A stretch of 64,000 nucleotides of DNA from Pseudomonadota bacterium. GTDB taxonomy: Bacteria > Pseudomonadota > Gammaproteobacteria > JAKAQQ01. The DNA is taken from positions 1 to 64,000 of the forward strand of contig DAHVLZ010000036.1 of assembly GCA_027320085.1 (NCBI GenBank), given 5' to 3'. A program made the translations under genes and the position numbers. A model generated the notes under the pieces. The model was not told where the DNA came from. It did no database searches and saw nothing but the letters and a program-made list of their open reading frames with translations. Shown piece after piece: positions 63,905 through 64,000 of the stretch (within the stretch, counting starts at the first letter, position 1; every line of letters starts with the position of its first letter).

Positions 63905-64000
63905 TCAGGAACCCTGCGGGGAGGGGGAGGAGGCATCGTCGGCATCGACCCGGTGCCGCTCCTGCCATTCCCGGACCCATGCCTGGAACTGGGTCTTGGG
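63905..64000 (-). CDS. coxB: Probable C-terminus of cytochrome c oxidase subunit II (partial)
   Basis: PKTQFQAWVREW... helix and position upstream of coxA. Confidence 0.6.
   Translation of the reverse strand, partial: PKTQFQAWVREWQERHRVDADDASSPSPQGS

Overview
GC-rich gammaproteobacterial chromosome segment (taxon judged from the 16S sequence and gene content). (1) About 0.8-16.4 kb: a ~15.6 kb island inserted at the stop codon of ssb and bounded by a 9-bp direct repeat (CTAGAACGG at 794-802 and 16408-16416). It carries three tyrosine recombinases plus a small accessory gene (GInt/ginABCD-like; the first recombinase is frameshifted), followed directly by a five-gene defence operon: SNF2 helicase, DUF4391, Type III Mod, a PLD-family nuclease and Type III Res. 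(2) 16.4-38 kb: housekeeping genes (ssb, MFS transporter, penicillin acylase, GST, murI, cytochrome c, tkt-gap-pgk-pyk, tRNA-Thr, coaX-birA-plsY) and two pentein-fold hydrolases (ArgZ-like and CtlX-like). (3) 38.2-43.5 kb: a complete minus-strand rRNA operon (16S, tRNA-Ile, tRNA-Ala, 23S, 5S) with a consensus sigma70 promoter. (4) 45-55.3 kb: a stand-alone type IVb pilus cluster ending in an orphan Cys-rich secreted protein. (5) 55.4-64 kb: anmK, rpoH preceded by a CIRCE operator overlapping a sigmaE-type promoter, and an aa3-type cytochrome c oxidase cluster lacking cox11. All protein assignments come from motif and family recognition by eye; no searches were run.
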